Source: an uncultured Haloferula sp. (GTDB lineage Bacteria > Verrucomicrobiota > Verrucomicrobiia > Verrucomicrobiales > Akkermansiaceae). From it: DNA of 64,000 nt. The translations under genes and the position numbers were made by a program. Every line of letters starts with the position of its first letter. Position 1 is the stretch's first letter. The DNA lies in contig CBFGTS010000004.1 of the NCBI GenBank assembly GCA_965652295.1, forward strand, positions 160,001 to 224,000, in the 5' to 3' direction. Under the pieces are notes generated by a model that saw only the letters and a program-made list of their open reading frames with translations, made no database searches and had not been told where the DNA came from. Below, piece by piece: positions 18,586 to 29,193 of the stretch.

Positions 18586-21348
18586 ATGAATTCCTCGGTT
18601 TCCGCCCGCCAGAACCTGGCTCTTCTGGAGGAGAAGTACGCCCAGTGGAGCGCAGACCCCCAATCGGTGGAGCCGATGTGGGGAGCGTTTTTCGAAGGTT
18701 TCGAGCTGGGCGTGGCGCAGCCGAAAGAACCCGGGGACGCCGCTTCCCAGGCAGCTTCGCCCTCCGGAACCTCTTCGGATTTCGGCTTCTATGGGAAGGT
18801 TGTCAGCCTCGTCTACAACTACCGGACGCTGGGCCACACGCAGGCGGACATCAATCCGCTGGGCGCCGCCGAGCGCAACCCGCGTCTTTCTCCCGAGCAG
18901 TTTGGCTTCACCGGCGCAGATCTGGATCGCGAGGCCTCGAATCCGTTTTTCCGCAATGGCGAGGCGATGAAGCTGCGCGACATGTTCGCGGCGCTTGAGG
19001 CGACCTACTCGGGCGCGATCGGTTTCGAGTTCATGCACATCCACAACACGGTCGTCCGCCACTGGGTGCGCGAGAAGATCGAGTCGCGGGCGCGTCGTGA
19101 GGAGGACCCGAAGGAACGCCAGGCGCTGGCCTTGCTCTGGCTGCTGGAGTCCGAGTTGTTCGAAAGTTTTCTCGGTAAGAAGTTCCTGGGTGAAAAGCGC
19201 TTCTCGATGGAAGGAGGTGAAGGCGCGATGGTGGTGCTGAACTCGATCCTGCGTGCCTGCCCGTCCGCCGGCGTGCTGGAAATCGAGATGGGCATGGCTC
19301 ACCGCGGCCGGCTCAACGTGCTGGCCAACTTCGTCGCCAAATCGTTGCCGACCATCCTTTACGAATTCACGCCGAACTACGTCCCCGACCTCGTGGCGGG
19401 CGATGGCGATGTGAAATACCACCTGGGCTACGAGAGCGTCCGGGAGCTTCCGGACGGCGAAGTCCGTGTGGCGCTTGCCGCCAACCCGAGTCACCTCGAG
19501 GCGGTCAATCCGGTCGTCGAGGGCAAGACCCGCGCCCGCCAGCGCCAGATCGGCGACGACGGCGTGAAGACCGACCGCAAGCGGGTGCTGCCGATCCTGA
19601 TCCACGGCGACGCCGCCTTCGCCGGCCAGGGCTCGGTGGCCGAGGTGCTGAACCTTTCCCAGCTTCCGGGCTATCGCACGGGCGGGACGATCCACCTGAT
19701 CATCAACAACCAGATCGGCTTCACCACGATGCCGGCCGATGCCCGTTCCTCGTCCTACGCGACGGACGTGGCGAAAATGATCGAGGCCCCGATCCTCCAC
19801 GTGAACGGCGAGGAGCCGATGGAACTCTACTGGGCGGCCCGCTTCGCCTTGGAATTTCGCCAGAAGTTCGGCCGCGACGTGGTGATCGACATGTATTGCT
19901 ACCGCCGCCAGGGGCACAACGAGACCGACCAGGCCGCGTTCACCCAGCCGCACATCTATCGTCAGATCCAGTCGCGCGACCCGATCGGCCAGCTTTACAA
20001 GAACCGCTTGGTCGAGGCCGGCACCCTGACCGCTGAAGAGGCGCAGGCGATCGAGGACGAAATCCAGCAGCGGCTCGATGAAGGCTATGAGAAGATGCGC
20101 GAGCACGAGGCCAAGGGCGACCGCACCGTTTTCTCCGGCTCGACCGCCGTGGCCCAGCCCGCCTACCAACACGCCCCGGTGCCGACCGGGGTGGCGCATG
20201 AGATGATCAACCACGTCGGGCGTGTTCTCACGACCGTGCCGGACGGATTCCATCTTCATCCGACCTTGGCGAAACGTTTCGTCCCACGCCGAATCGAGGG
20301 ACTGGAGAAAGGTTCGCCGATCGACTGGGCTTTCGCCGAGGCACTCGCCTTCGGCACCCTGCTGGTGGAAGGAAATCCCGTTCGTCTTTCCGGTCAGGAT
20401 TGTCGCCGCGGCACCTTCTCGCAGCGCCACGCGGTGTTCTACGATTCCGAAACCCGCGAGCGCTACATCCCGCTCCAGCACCTGTCCGACGACCAAGCGA
20501 AGTTCTGCGTCTACAATTCGCTGCTGTCGGAGTTCGCCGTGCTTGGATTCGATTACGGCTATTCGCTCGGCGCTCCGAACATGCTGACCATGTGGGAAGC
20601 TCAGTTCGGCGATTTCTCGAACGGCGCGCAGGTCATCATCGACCAGTTCATTTCCTCCGCCGAGTCGAAGTGGCAGACGCCGAGCGACATCGTTCTGCTG
20701 CTGCCACATGGCTACGAGGGCATGGGGCCGGAACACTCCAGCGCCCGCTTGGAGCGCTTTCTCCAGCTCTGTGCGGAGAAAAACATGATCGTCGGCAACT
20801 TCACCACGCCCGCGCAGTACTTCCATGCCCTGCGGCGGCAGAAGAAGCGTGAGTTCCGCAAGCCGATGGTGCTGATGACTCCGAAGAGTCTGTTGACCCG
20901 TCCGGAGGCGGTTTCGAAAATCGATGATTTCCTTGAGGGTTCCTGTTTCCAGGAAGTGCTGCCGGACCCGAAGGGCTTCGCCGACAACGCGGCGGTGGAG
21001 CGGATCATCTTCTGCACCGGCAAGCTATTCTACGACCTCGCCGCCCACCGCGAGGAGCAGGAGATCGGCAACGCCGCGCTCCTGCGCATCGAGCAGCTCT
21101 ATCCGTTCCACGATGAAATGGTGGCCGCGCTGGTGAGCCAGTATCCGAACGCGTCCCAGTTCGTCTGGGCGCAGGAAGAGCCGCTCAACATGGGTGCGTG
21201 GTCCTACATTTTCCCGCGTCTCGAAAAGGTGCTCGGCCAGAAAGTCCGCTACGCCGGCCGCGGCCGCGCTTCCAGCCCCGCCACAGGCTCGAAGGCGGTG
21301 CACTACCGTGAGCAGAAGGCGCTCATCGAACAGGCCTACTCCGTTTGA
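18586..21348 (+). CDS. sucA: 2-oxoglutarate dehydrogenase E1
   Basis: GMAHRGRLN, GDVKYHLG, HGDAAFAGQG, WEAQFGDF and GPEHSSAR motifs. Confidence 0.96.
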   Translation: MNSSVSARQNLALLEEKYAQWSADPQSVEPMWGAFFEGFELGVAQPKEPGDAASQAASPSGTSSDFGFYGKVVSLVYNYRTLGHTQADINPLGAAERNPRLSPEQFGFTGADLDREASNPFFRNGEAMKLRDMFAALEATYSGAIGFEFMHIHNTVVRHWVREKIESRARREEDPKERQALALLWLLESELFESFLGKKFLGEKRFSMEGGEGAMVVLNSILRACPSAGVLEIEMGMAHRGRLNVLANFVAKSLPTILYEFTPNYVPDLVAGDGDVKYHLGYESVRELPDGEVRVALAANPSHLEAVNPVVEGKTRARQRQIGDDGVKTDRKRVLPILIHGDAAFAGQGSVAEVLNLSQLPGYRTGGTIHLIINNQIGFTTMPADARSSSYATDVAKMIEAPILHVNGEEPMELYWAARFALEFRQKFGRDVVIDMYCYRRQGHNETDQAAFTQPHIYRQIQSRDPIGQLYKNRLVEAGTLTAEEAQAIEDEIQQRLDEGYEKMREHEAKGDRTVFSGSTAVAQPAYQHAPVPTGVAHEMINHVGRVLTTVPDGFHLHPTLAKRFVPRRIEGLEKGSPIDWAFAEALAFGTLLVEGNPVRLSGQDCRRGTFSQRHAVFYDSETRERYIPLQHLSDDQAKFCVYNSLLSEFAVLGFDYGYSLGAPNMLTMWEAQFGDFSNGAQVIIDQFISSAESKWQTPSDIVLLLPHGYEGMGPEHSSARLERFLQLCAEKNMIVGNFTTPAQYFHALRRQKKREFRKPMVLMTPKSLLTRPEAVSKIDDFLEGSCFQEVLPDPKGFADNAAVERIIFCTGKLFYDLAAHREEQEIGNAALLRIEQLYPFHDEMVAALVSQYPNASQFVWAQEEPLNMGAWSYIFPRLEKVLGQKVRYAGRGRASSPATGSKAVHYREQKALIEQAYSV

Positions 21349-21372
21349 TAATCCTATTTCCCCACTGACCCC

Positions 21373-22779
21373 ATGGCTATCGAAGTGAAAGTTCCGGCCG
21401 CAGGTGAATCGATCACCTCGGCGAGTGTCGCGAACTGGCGGATGAAGGACGGCGATCTCGTCCGGGCCGGCGACGTGCTGGTGACGCTGGAAACCGACAA
21501 GGTTTCCAACGAACTCACCGCCGAGGCCGGCGGTCGGATCCGTATTCTGGCTCAGGAAGGCGACGAGGTGGAGATCGGCAGCGTGATCGCCACGATCGAC
21601 ACCGACGTAGCGGTGCCCGCCGAAGAAGAAAAGGGCGACGGAGGGGGTGAGGCGGCTGCCCGTGAGGACGGGGATGAAGGCAAGGTCGTCTCGATCAAAG
21701 TGCCGGCGGCCGGAGAGTCCATCACATCCGCCAACGTTGCCACCTGGCACAAGCGCAACGGGGAGCAAGTGGCCAAGGGCGAGGTGTTGGTGACTTTGGA
21801 GACGGACAAGGTTTCGAGTGAACTCGAAGCGGAGGTTTCCGGGACTTTGAAGATTCTCGTGGCGCAAGGTGAGGAGGTTTCCATCGGCACCGAGATCGCC
21901 CAGATCACCATCGGTCCCGCTCCGGCGGCGACCGCGCCGAAGGAAGCGTCGAAGCCAGCCGAACCGGCTCCGGCCAAGGCGGAGCCATCGAAGTCAGAAG
22001 CCAAAGCCGCGCCCGCTCCTAAGAAGATCTCCCTCCCTGAAGCACCGGAAAAAAAGGCGGATGCCGCCCCCGTCAACGATGGCCGGACGACGCGCAAAAA
22101 GATGAGCATGCTGCGCCGCAAGATCGCGACGCACTTGGTCAACGCCCAACAGACCGCGGCGATCCTGACGACCTTCAACGAGGTCGACATGTCGCAGGTG
22201 ATGAAGCTGCGCAAAGACGTCCAGGAGAGCTTCGTGGCGAAGCATGGCGTGAAGCTCGGCTTCATGTCCTTTTTCGTGAAAGCCGTCGTGCAGGCCCTCA
22301 AGGACGTGCCACAGGTGAACGCCTCGATCGACGGCACGGACATCATTGAAAACCACTTCTACGACATCGGCGTGGCGATCGGCACCGAGAAGGGGCTGGT
22401 CGTGCCGGTGTTGCGGGATTGCGACAAGAAGAGCTTCGCGGAAATCGAAGCCGATATCATCGGCTATGCGACCAAGGCGCGTGAAGGGAAGCTGCAGCTC
22501 GACGATTTGAAGGGTGCGGTGTTCTCCATTTCGAACGGCGGCACCTACGGTTCCTTGCTGAGCACGCCGATCCTGAGCCCGCCGCAGAGCGGAATCCTCG
22601 GCATGCACGCCATCCAACAACGTCCGGTCGCCATCGACGGCAAGGTGGAGATCCGGCCGATGATGTATCTCGCGTTGAGCTACGATCATCGCCTGGTCGA
22701 CGGCAAGGAGGCGGTCACTTTTCTGATCCGCATCAAGGATTGCGTCGAGAATCCGACGCGTCTGCTGTTGGAGATGTGA
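21373..22779 (+). CDS. sucB: Dihydrolipoamide succinyltransferase E2 with two lipoyl domains
   Basis: Two LETDKVS lipoyl motifs, LTTFNEVDM and YDHRLVDG. Confidence 0.95.
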   Translation: MAIEVKVPAAGESITSASVANWRMKDGDLVRAGDVLVTLETDKVSNELTAEAGGRIRILAQEGDEVEIGSVIATIDTDVAVPAEEEKGDGGGEAAAREDGDEGKVVSIKVPAAGESITSANVATWHKRNGEQVAKGEVLVTLETDKVSSELEAEVSGTLKILVAQGEEVSIGTEIAQITIGPAPAATAPKEASKPAEPAPAKAEPSKSEAKAAPAPKKISLPEAPEKKADAAPVNDGRTTRKKMSMLRRKIATHLVNAQQTAAILTTFNEVDMSQVMKLRKDVQESFVAKHGVKLGFMSFFVKAVVQALKDVPQVNASIDGTDIIENHFYDIGVAIGTEKGLVVPVLRDCDKKSFAEIEADIIGYATKAREGKLQLDDLKGAVFSISNGGTYGSLLSTPILSPPQSGILGMHAIQQRPVAIDGKVEIRPMMYLALSYDHRLVDGKEAVTFLIRIKDCVENPTRLLLEM

Positions 22780-22786
22780 AGGTTTG

Positions 22787-22931
22787 GGAGTGCTCCGACA
22801 TGTCGGAGCTTTCCCGGACGAGGCGGTCATGGTTCGTGACCGTCACTTCGGAGCCGACATGTCGGCTCCGGGCCAGCTCGTCAGGCGACTCACGACTTCA
22901 ACCCGAAAGCTCCGTCGTGCCGGAGCACTCC
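22787..22931. repeat. Tri-palindromic REP/MITE-like element, copy 1
   Basis: GGAGTGCTCC...GGAGCACTCC ends and a central GGAGCCGACATGTCGGCTCC palindrome. Confidence 0.8.
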
Positions 22932-22947
22932 GAAAACGGGGCTTCCG

Positions 22948-23586
22948 CTATTTCTTTGAGGCTTCCGCCTTCGATGCCTTCCTCGCCTCCGCGACGAAAT
23001 GGTTGCACGCCTCGCGGCAGAGCAGGGGGATCGCCGGACGGCCGGTGGCGAGATATCCGGGGAAACGGCTTGCCTCACTTTCCTCAAGTGGAGTGTGGGG
23101 ATCGATTTGCCACAGGATCTTCTTCACACAGCAGTTCGAGGGTCCGCACACTTCTCTAACAAGCTGTTGCGCGCCGGGGGTGCTGAGATTTCGGGCAAAG
23201 CGATACATGCCGGTCTGGCGGTTGAGCTTGTCGCGCAGGTGTTGGACGTCCGCGTCTCCTGATTCGAGCGCAAGCCACACACCAATGGCGGCCGGATAGA
23301 ACAGGTCGAGCGCGGCGCGGAGCTGGTCGGCATCGTCGAGCAGCAACAGCCAGCCCCGCTTCAGGGAAAGCTCGCTTTTGGTGAAGCGGTAGTGGCCGTC
23401 TTCCGCCCAGGTCGAAAGCTCACGGGCGGCGGCGGGACCGGTGTGTTTTTCGAGAAAATCCAGACGTTCGACGTCGTCGAGGTGGCAAAGTGCGTAAGGG
23501 ATGCTGGCGGTGTCGGGAAGGATGGCGATTTCTCCGATCTGGCGGATGCCATCGCGGACGGCCTGGGCGAGCTTTTCGGCGATCAT
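22948..23586 (-). CDS. DR2241-family putative Fe-S protein
   Basis: GHYRFTK..LKRGW, RQTGMYR and a C-terminal C..CC...CREAC Cys cluster; ATGA overlap with the upstream CbiX-like gene. Confidence 0.7.
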   Translation of the reverse strand: MIAEKLAQAVRDGIRQIGEIAILPDTASIPYALCHLDDVERLDFLEKHTGPAAARELSTWAEDGHYRFTKSELSLKRGWLLLLDDADQLRAALDLFYPAAIGVWLALESGDADVQHLRDKLNRQTGMYRFARNLSTPGAQQLVREVCGPSNCCVKKILWQIDPHTPLEESEASRFPGYLATGRPAIPLLCREACNHFVAEARKASKAEASKK

Positions 23587-24398
23587 GGGCGGTGCGTGCG
23601 GTCGAAGTCGGCGATCTGGTCGAGAATCACGTCGGCCATGTGGCACTCGGTACCGATGGCGGACGAGTAGTAAAGGGTCTTGCCGCGGAGCGGGTGGAGA
23701 TTGTGTCGAAAGACTTCGCGCTGGCTGGCGGCGGGCCCGACCTCGGGTTCGATGCCGAGGAGCACGGGGATGTCCTGATAGCTGTGGAGACCGTCGGAGA
23801 TGAAGAACGGCACCACCACCACGTTGGGCGTGGTGGCGAGCTTGTCCCACTCCGCGATGAACGGTTGCTCCTCCATGTAGGCATCGAGCACGGCCGCGTA
23901 ACCGGCTCCCGAAGCCATGATCCGGGCCGCCTGATCCTTGATCGCCTTGGTGGAATTCTGGTTCAGTCCCGTGCCATGGCCGACGATGAACAAGGTCGTG
24001 GTGGAGGGATCGACCTCGGGAGCGACCTCCTTGGCGCGGCGGAGAAGCAGGTCGGTCATCGAATCATGGACGCCGACGGGCAGGGTGTAGTGCCAGGTTT
24101 TCCCGTGGCGGAGGGTGGTGGGGCCATCGAGTTCGAGTTCGCGCGGGATGACATCCTGCGTGAAGTAGCCTTCGCTGATGAAGTCGGGGACGACGTAGAT
24201 CTCGTCGGCATCGACCAGGAACCGTGCCTCGCGCATGGACGGCTCTTCTTTCCAGAAACAGCAGTGGACCTCGCGGAAAAGGCCGCGTCGGCGGAGTTCG
24301 TCGGCGTGATCGAAGTAGGGCGTGGACGAATCCGGATTCTCGGTGGATCCGTGGCCGACGATGAGCAGGGCGCAGTCGGGTTTCGGCGCGATGGGCAT
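23583..24398 (-). CDS. CbiX/SirB-like chelatase-fold protein
   Basis: Two LIVGHG motifs, VVPDFISEG and VPFFISDGLH. Confidence 0.82.
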   Translation of the reverse strand: MPIAPKPDCALLIVGHGSTENPDSSTPYFDHADELRRRGLFREVHCCFWKEEPSMREARFLVDADEIYVVPDFISEGYFTQDVIPRELELDGPTTLRHGKTWHYTLPVGVHDSMTDLLLRRAKEVAPEVDPSTTTLFIVGHGTGLNQNSTKAIKDQAARIMASGAGYAAVLDAYMEEQPFIAEWDKLATTPNVVVVPFFISDGLHSYQDIPVLLGIEPEVGPAASQREVFRHNLHPLRGKTLYYSSAIGTECHMADVILDQIADFDRTHRP

Positions 24399-24480
24399 GC
24401 GCCCAAATTGCGCGGCGGTGCCGGGGATGCAAGCGGATTGAAGGATTGCCGGGGGAGAGCCGCGAGCCGAGGATCGCGGC

Positions 24481-25128
24481 GTGCGCAAGCTGCTGTTGTG
24501 GTGGGACGAAACGCTCCGGGGCGGGCCGGAGAACATGGCGGTGGATGAGTGGCTGCTGAAGTCAGCCCGCGAACCGGTGCTGCGGATCTACGGCTGGCGG
24601 GGCGCGTGGGGAAGCTGCGGGTACTTCGTGCCGGCGGCGGAGACAGCCGCGGCGCTGGGTGGCAGTCCGTGGGTGCGGCGATGGACGGGCGGCGGAATCG
24701 TCGATCACCGCTCCGACTGGACTTACACCCTGGTCATTCCGCACAACGAGCCTCTGGCCGGTGCGCGAGGCGGCGAAAGCTATCGCGTCATCCACCGCGC
24801 GCTCGCCACCGCCTTGGCGGAGTCCGGGGCCCGGCTGGCGGGTGAGCTTCCACCGGCACGCGGCGGGCGGTGTTTCGAGAAGGCGGTCGAGCATGATATC
24901 GTGGACCGGGAGGGTCGGAAGATCGCCGGGGCGGGTCAGAGGCGGACGCTTCAAGGGCTGCTGCACCAGGGTTCCTTGGCGTGGCGACCGGATCGCGCTC
25001 AGGTGGAGTTTTTCGCGGCGAACCTCGCCGCTGGCGTCGAGACGCGGATGCTCGTCCCCGATTCCGCCATGGTGGCGGGAATTATCACCGTGCGGTATGG
25101 TCTTCCTGCTTGGAACGAGCGTCGGTAA
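24481..25128 (+). CDS. Lipoate-protein ligase family protein
   Basis: NMAVDE, LRIYGW, VRRWTGGG, KIAGAGQRR and LHQGS motifs. Confidence 0.85.
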   Translation: MRKLLLWWDETLRGGPENMAVDEWLLKSAREPVLRIYGWRGAWGSCGYFVPAAETAAALGGSPWVRRWTGGGIVDHRSDWTYTLVIPHNEPLAGARGGESYRVIHRALATALAESGARLAGELPPARGGRCFEKAVEHDIVDREGRKIAGAGQRRTLQGLLHQGSLAWRPDRAQVEFFAANLAAGVETRMLVPDSAMVAGIITVRYGLPAWNERR

Positions 25129-25157
25129 ACGCTATGAACCCATGATTTCTAAAGGGT

Positions 25158-25173
25158 TGGCCCGGCCCTTGCT
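25158..25173 (+). promoter_or_regulatory. Sigma54 (-24/-12) promoter
   Basis: TGGCCCGGCCCTTGCT, GG-N10-GC, 27 nt before ATG 25201. Confidence 0.7.
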
Positions 25174-25200
25174 AATTTGGAGAACCTCCACGCAAGGCTC

Positions 25201-26631
25201 ATGTTCGAAGGCTACGACCCCGGTCAATTCTACGATGAAATGTTCTCGTCTTCCGACGAGGTCCGAAGGAGTTGTGCGGATGTTCTCGCCAAGTTCGAGA
25301 GGATGTCCGACGAGGATTTCGAGCGTCGCCGCGCTGCCTGTGACGAGCATTTCCTCCGCCAGGGGGTGACCTTCACCGTCTATCACGACGACCGCGGCAC
25401 CGAGCGGATCTTCCCTTTCGACCCCGTGCCCCGGGTGATCCCGGCCGATGAGTGGGAAACGCTCGAGGCGGGCCTCACCCAGCGGATCATCGCGCTGAAC
25501 CTTTTCCTGCACGACATCTACCACGATCAGCAGATCGTTCGCGACGGCCTCGTGCCGCAGTATCACATCGACGGTGCCAAGCATTACCGTTCCGAGTTCC
25601 GGGGCATCGATGTGCCGGGCGACATTTACATCCACATCTGCGGCTCTGATTTGATCCGGGGCGATGACGGCCAATTCTACGTGCTGGAGGATAACGGCCG
25701 CTGCCCCTCCGGCGCGTCCTATCTGTTGGAGAACCGCAACGCGCTCAAGCGGGCTTTTCCCGAGATCTTTTCGGGCTCACGCGTAAGACCGGTGGACGCC
25801 TACCCGGCGGAGGTGCGCAAGATGCTCCACCACGTCTCGCCCCGGCGGGAGGGGGATCCGGTGTGCGTGCTGCTGACCCCCGGTTGCTACAACAGCGCGT
25901 ATTTCGAGCACTGCTATCTGGCGCGCGAGATGGGCATCGAGATTGTGGAAGGGCGCGACCTCGTGGTGATGGATGACTTCGTCTACATGCGCACGACCAA
26001 GGGGCTGGTGCGGGTGGATGTGATCTACCGCCGGATCGACGACGATTTCCTCGATCCCACCGTGTTCCGAAAGGATTCGGCGCTGGGCGTGCCCGGGCTT
26101 ATGCGGGCTTACCGGGCAGGCAACGTCGCGCTGGCCAACGCCGTCGGCACCGGTGTGGCCGACGACAAGGTCATCTACCGCTTCGTGCCGGACATGATCC
26201 GCTACTATCTGGGCCAGGAGCCGATCCTGCCGAACGTGCCCACCTATCTCGCCTCGGAGGAGGAGGACCGGAAATACATCCTCGATCATTTGCCCGAACT
26301 CGTGGTCAAGGCGGCCAACGAGTCCGGCGGATACGGCATGTTGATGGGGCCGGCCGCGACCAAGGCCGAGATCGAGGAGTTCCGGCAACGTATTCTCCAC
26401 GATCCGCGGAACTACATCGCTCAGCCGGTCGTTTCACTTTCGACATGCCCGACCGCAGGCGAAGGGGGCATGGCCGGCCGGCACGTCGATCTGCGACCTT
26501 ACATCGTCTACGGCAAGGATGTGAAAATCGTCCCGGGCGGCCTGACCCGGGTTGCCTTGCGTGAAGGCTCGCTAGTGGTGAACTCCTCGCAGGGCGGGGG
26601 CAGCAAAGACACTTGGGTTCTGAGGGATTGA
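25201..26631 (+). CDS. Circularly permuted type 2 ATP-grasp protein
   Basis: [29 protein letters not shown] and [15 protein letters not shown] motifs. Confidence 0.92.
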   Translation: MFEGYDPGQFYDEMFSSSDEVRRSCADVLAKFERMSDEDFERRRAACDEHFLRQGVTFTVYHDDRGTERIFPFDPVPRVIPADEWETLEAGLTQRIIALNLFLHDIYHDQQIVRDGLVPQYHIDGAKHYRSEFRGIDVPGDIYIHICGSDLIRGDDGQFYVLEDNGRCPSGASYLLENRNALKRAFPEIFSGSRVRPVDAYPAEVRKMLHHVSPRREGDPVCVLLTPGCYNSAYFEHCYLAREMGIEIVEGRDLVVMDDFVYMRTTKGLVRVDVIYRRIDDDFLDPTVFRKDSALGVPGLMRAYRAGNVALANAVGTGVADDKVIYRFVPDMIRYYLGQEPILPNVPTYLASEEEDRKYILDHLPELVVKAANESGGYGMLMGPAATKAEIEEFRQRILHDPRNYIAQPVVSLSTCPTAGEGGMAGRHVDLRPYIVYGKDVKIVPGGLTRVALREGSLVVNSSQGGGSKDTWVLRD

Positions 26632-26634
26632 ACT

Positions 26635-27660
26635 ATGCTATCACGAGTCGCCAACAGCCTGTATTGGATGGTCCGCTATATCGAGCGGGCGGACAACCTG
26701 GCCCGGTTGATCGAGGTCAACGAGCGGGTTTTGCTCGATTTCGGCGTTGATGAGGCAAGCCGGGAGGAGACCTTCTGGCGGCCGATCGTCGCCAGCACCG
26801 GGGACGAGGATCTCTACTTCGAGCTGAATCCCGGCGGGGATGGATCGCGCTCGGTGGTCCATTTCCTGACGTACGACCGGCAGAACCCGAACAGCATTTC
26901 CTCATGCATCGCGCTGGCCCGCGAGAACGCCCGCATGGTGCGTGACCAGCTTTCCGAGGCGCTGTGGGAGGAGATCAACTCCCTCTACCTGTTTGCCAAT
27001 TCCGAGTCGGCGAGGCGGATGTTGGAAAGCGACCGGGCGGACTATTTCAGCGCCATCCGCCGCGGCACGTTCTGCTTCCATGGGATCGCCGCCGGCACCA
27101 CGCCGCGGCGTGAGGCGTGGGCTTTCATGGAGCTCGGCCGCTACCTTGAGCGGGCGGACAAGACGACCCGCTTCCTCGATGTCGCCCATTTCCTCCCCGC
27201 GGAGTACGCCGCTTCGTCCGACCACTGGATCTCCGTCCTCAAGTCCTGTGGCGGCCTTGACGCCTATCGCACGCTCCACCTCGGTCCGGTGGACGGGGAT
27301 GGCGTGGTTGGCTTCATGCTTTTCGAAAGGTCGTTTCCCCGCTCGGTCGCTTTCTGCATCGACCGCGCCGATGAGTGCCTCCACACCATCTCCGGCCGCC
27401 TTCGCGGCGGCTATGGCGATGGGGCCGAGCGCTGCGCCGGCAAGCTTCATGCGGAGCTGTCCTATGGCACGCTGGGTGAGGTCAAGCGGGCCGGGTTGCA
27501 CGCCTATCTCGATCGGCTGCAATCCAGCATCAATGACGTCGGCGGCGAAGTCTTCGAGACCTACGTCTTGCTTCCCGAGCGGATTGACGTGCAACCTTTC
27601 GCCCATGCGTCGTCGGCATCTTCCGCGGCGGCTTGGCAAATGGAACAACAACAACAGTGA
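26635..27660 (+). CDS. Alpha-E domain protein
   Basis: MLSRVANSLYWMVRYIERAD, ARENAR, GRYLERAD and FPRSV motifs; C-terminal Gln run. Confidence 0.9.
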   Translation: MLSRVANSLYWMVRYIERADNLARLIEVNERVLLDFGVDEASREETFWRPIVASTGDEDLYFELNPGGDGSRSVVHFLTYDRQNPNSISSCIALARENARMVRDQLSEALWEEINSLYLFANSESARRMLESDRADYFSAIRRGTFCFHGIAAGTTPRREAWAFMELGRYLERADKTTRFLDVAHFLPAEYAASSDHWISVLKSCGGLDAYRTLHLGPVDGDGVVGFMLFERSFPRSVAFCIDRADECLHTISGRLRGGYGDGAERCAGKLHAELSYGTLGEVKRAGLHAYLDRLQSSINDVGGEVFETYVLLPERIDVQPFAHASSASSAAAWQMEQQQQ

Positions 27661-27662
27661 CG

Positions 27663-28565
27663 ATGGCCGCGGTGGAGTCCCAGCAGGGAAAGGATCGGGA
27701 GCCGGAAAACCTCCAACAGGGGCCGAAGTTCGATGTCCTCCACAGAACGAGCTTCCTCTATGGGGCACCGGTTCACGACAGCGCGAATTCGCTGCACCTG
27801 GAGCCGCGCACCTTTCCTTTTCAGAAAAGGATCATGGCGACCATCCGCGTGTTGCCGGCGACGCGGCTGCGGAGTTACACGGATCTTTTCGGCAACGTCA
27901 CCCACTACTTCGAGGTGGCGCAGGCGCACGATCGCCTGGAAGTCGAGAGCCGCTTCAGGATCGTCAATCTTCCGCTCAAGGTTCCCGTCGAGGCGCGGGA
28001 GGCGGAAATGGATTTCTACCGGGATGCGGAGGTGAAGGATCGCACCTGGGTCTACCTTCAGGAGAGCCGCTATGTCTCGCGGCATGCGGAGCTGTGGCGG
28101 CAGGCGATCGACCTCACCCGCGACGTGCCGAAGGTCTTCGACCGGGCTTCACGGATCATGGAATGGGTGCATGACAAGTTCACCTACGAGGTGGGTAGTA
28201 CCCATGTGAGCACTCACATCGACGATGCGTTTTCCGGTCGAAAAGGGGTTTGTCAGGATTTCACCCACGTTATGCTCGGCCTGTGTCGGGCGATCGATCT
28301 TCCCGCGCGCTACGCCTCCGGCTATCTCTACAATGGTCCGAGTGACACGTTGGTGGGTGCCCAGGCATCCCACGCCTGGCCGGAGGTCTACCTGCCGCTG
28401 GTCGGCTGGGTCGGTTTTGATCCGACCCACAACTGCCTCGCCGATGAGCGGTTCATCAAGGTGGCGGTGGGGCGCGACTACGACGATGTGGCTCCGATCA
28501 AGGGCTCCTACCGGGGCACGGCGAATTGCCGGCTCTCGGTGACCGTGGAGGTGGAGAAGTTGTGA
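27663..28565 (+). CDS. Transglutaminase family protein
   Basis: GVCQDFTH, ARYASGY, SHAWPEVY, FDPT and GRDYDDVAP motifs. Confidence 0.9.
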   Translation: MAAVESQQGKDREPENLQQGPKFDVLHRTSFLYGAPVHDSANSLHLEPRTFPFQKRIMATIRVLPATRLRSYTDLFGNVTHYFEVAQAHDRLEVESRFRIVNLPLKVPVEAREAEMDFYRDAEVKDRTWVYLQESRYVSRHAELWRQAIDLTRDVPKVFDRASRIMEWVHDKFTYEVGSTHVSTHIDDAFSGRKGVCQDFTHVMLGLCRAIDLPARYASGYLYNGPSDTLVGAQASHAWPEVYLPLVGWVGFDPTHNCLADERFIKVAVGRDYDDVAPIKGSYRGTANCRLSVTVEVEKL

Positions 28566-28569
28566 TCTT

Positions 28570-28713
28570 GAGTGCTCCGACATGTTGGAGCTTTTCAGGT
28601 GGGAGCGGGAGTTGCCGGACGGGCTGGTTCGGAGCCGACATGTCGGCTTCGGGGGAGGGGCACGATCGGTGAGCGGCCGGGAGGGGAAAGTGGGTGACAT
28701 GTCACCGCAGTCC
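28570..28713. repeat. Tri-palindromic REP/MITE-like element, copy 2
   Basis: GAGTGCTCCGACATG.., central GGAGCCGACATGTCGGCTTC, third palindrome GGTGACATGTCACC then GCAGTCC. Confidence 0.75.
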
Positions 28714-28729
28714 CAAGGGAGATCTTCAC

Positions 28730-28763
28730 AAAAAAGCGCCCGACGTGGGACACGCCGGGCGCT
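28730..28763 (-). terminator. Rho-independent terminator of the Hsp20 pair
   Basis: Minus strand AGCGCCCGGCGTG/CACGTCGGGCGCT stem followed by a T-run. Confidence 0.75.
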
Positions 28764-28782
28764 GGGAAGCTTGCTCTACCTG

Positions 28783-29169
28783 TTACAGGACCTCGATCCG
28801 CTTCGGTTGCGCGGCTTCGACGAGTGGCAGGGACAGCTTGAGGATGCCGTCCGCCAAGGCGGCGGTGAGCTTCGCGGTGTCGAGGTTTTCGGCGATGCGG
28901 AGCTTGAGTCGGTATCCCTCCGGCGCAGCAGGTCCGTGGACGAGCTTGCCGGGATGGTCATCGGCGGGTCGGACGGCTTCGAGGACGAGCTGGGCGCCTT
29001 GGATTTCCAAGGTGAGGCTGTCCTTCTTCACACCGGGGATCACGACCTCGACATCGACGCCGCCCTCGTGTCGACGGGCGCGCCAATGCGGCTGGACGAA
29101 AGTGATCTCGCGGGTGGAGGTCTCAGGAGTGGTCACGTCGGTGGTGGTGTTTTCGCAGCAAGTATTCAT
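28783..29169 (-). CDS. Hsp20/alpha-crystallin family protein
   Basis: IPGVKKDSL and LADGILKLSLP motifs. Confidence 0.82.
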   Translation of the reverse strand: MNTCCENTTTDVTTPETSTREITFVQPHWRARRHEGGVDVEVVIPGVKKDSLTLEIQGAQLVLEAVRPADDHPGKLVHGPAAPEGYRLKLRIAENLDTAKLTAALADGILKLSLPLVEAAQPKRIEVL

Positions 29170-29193
29170 GGATGTGATGTGGATGTTTGAAGG

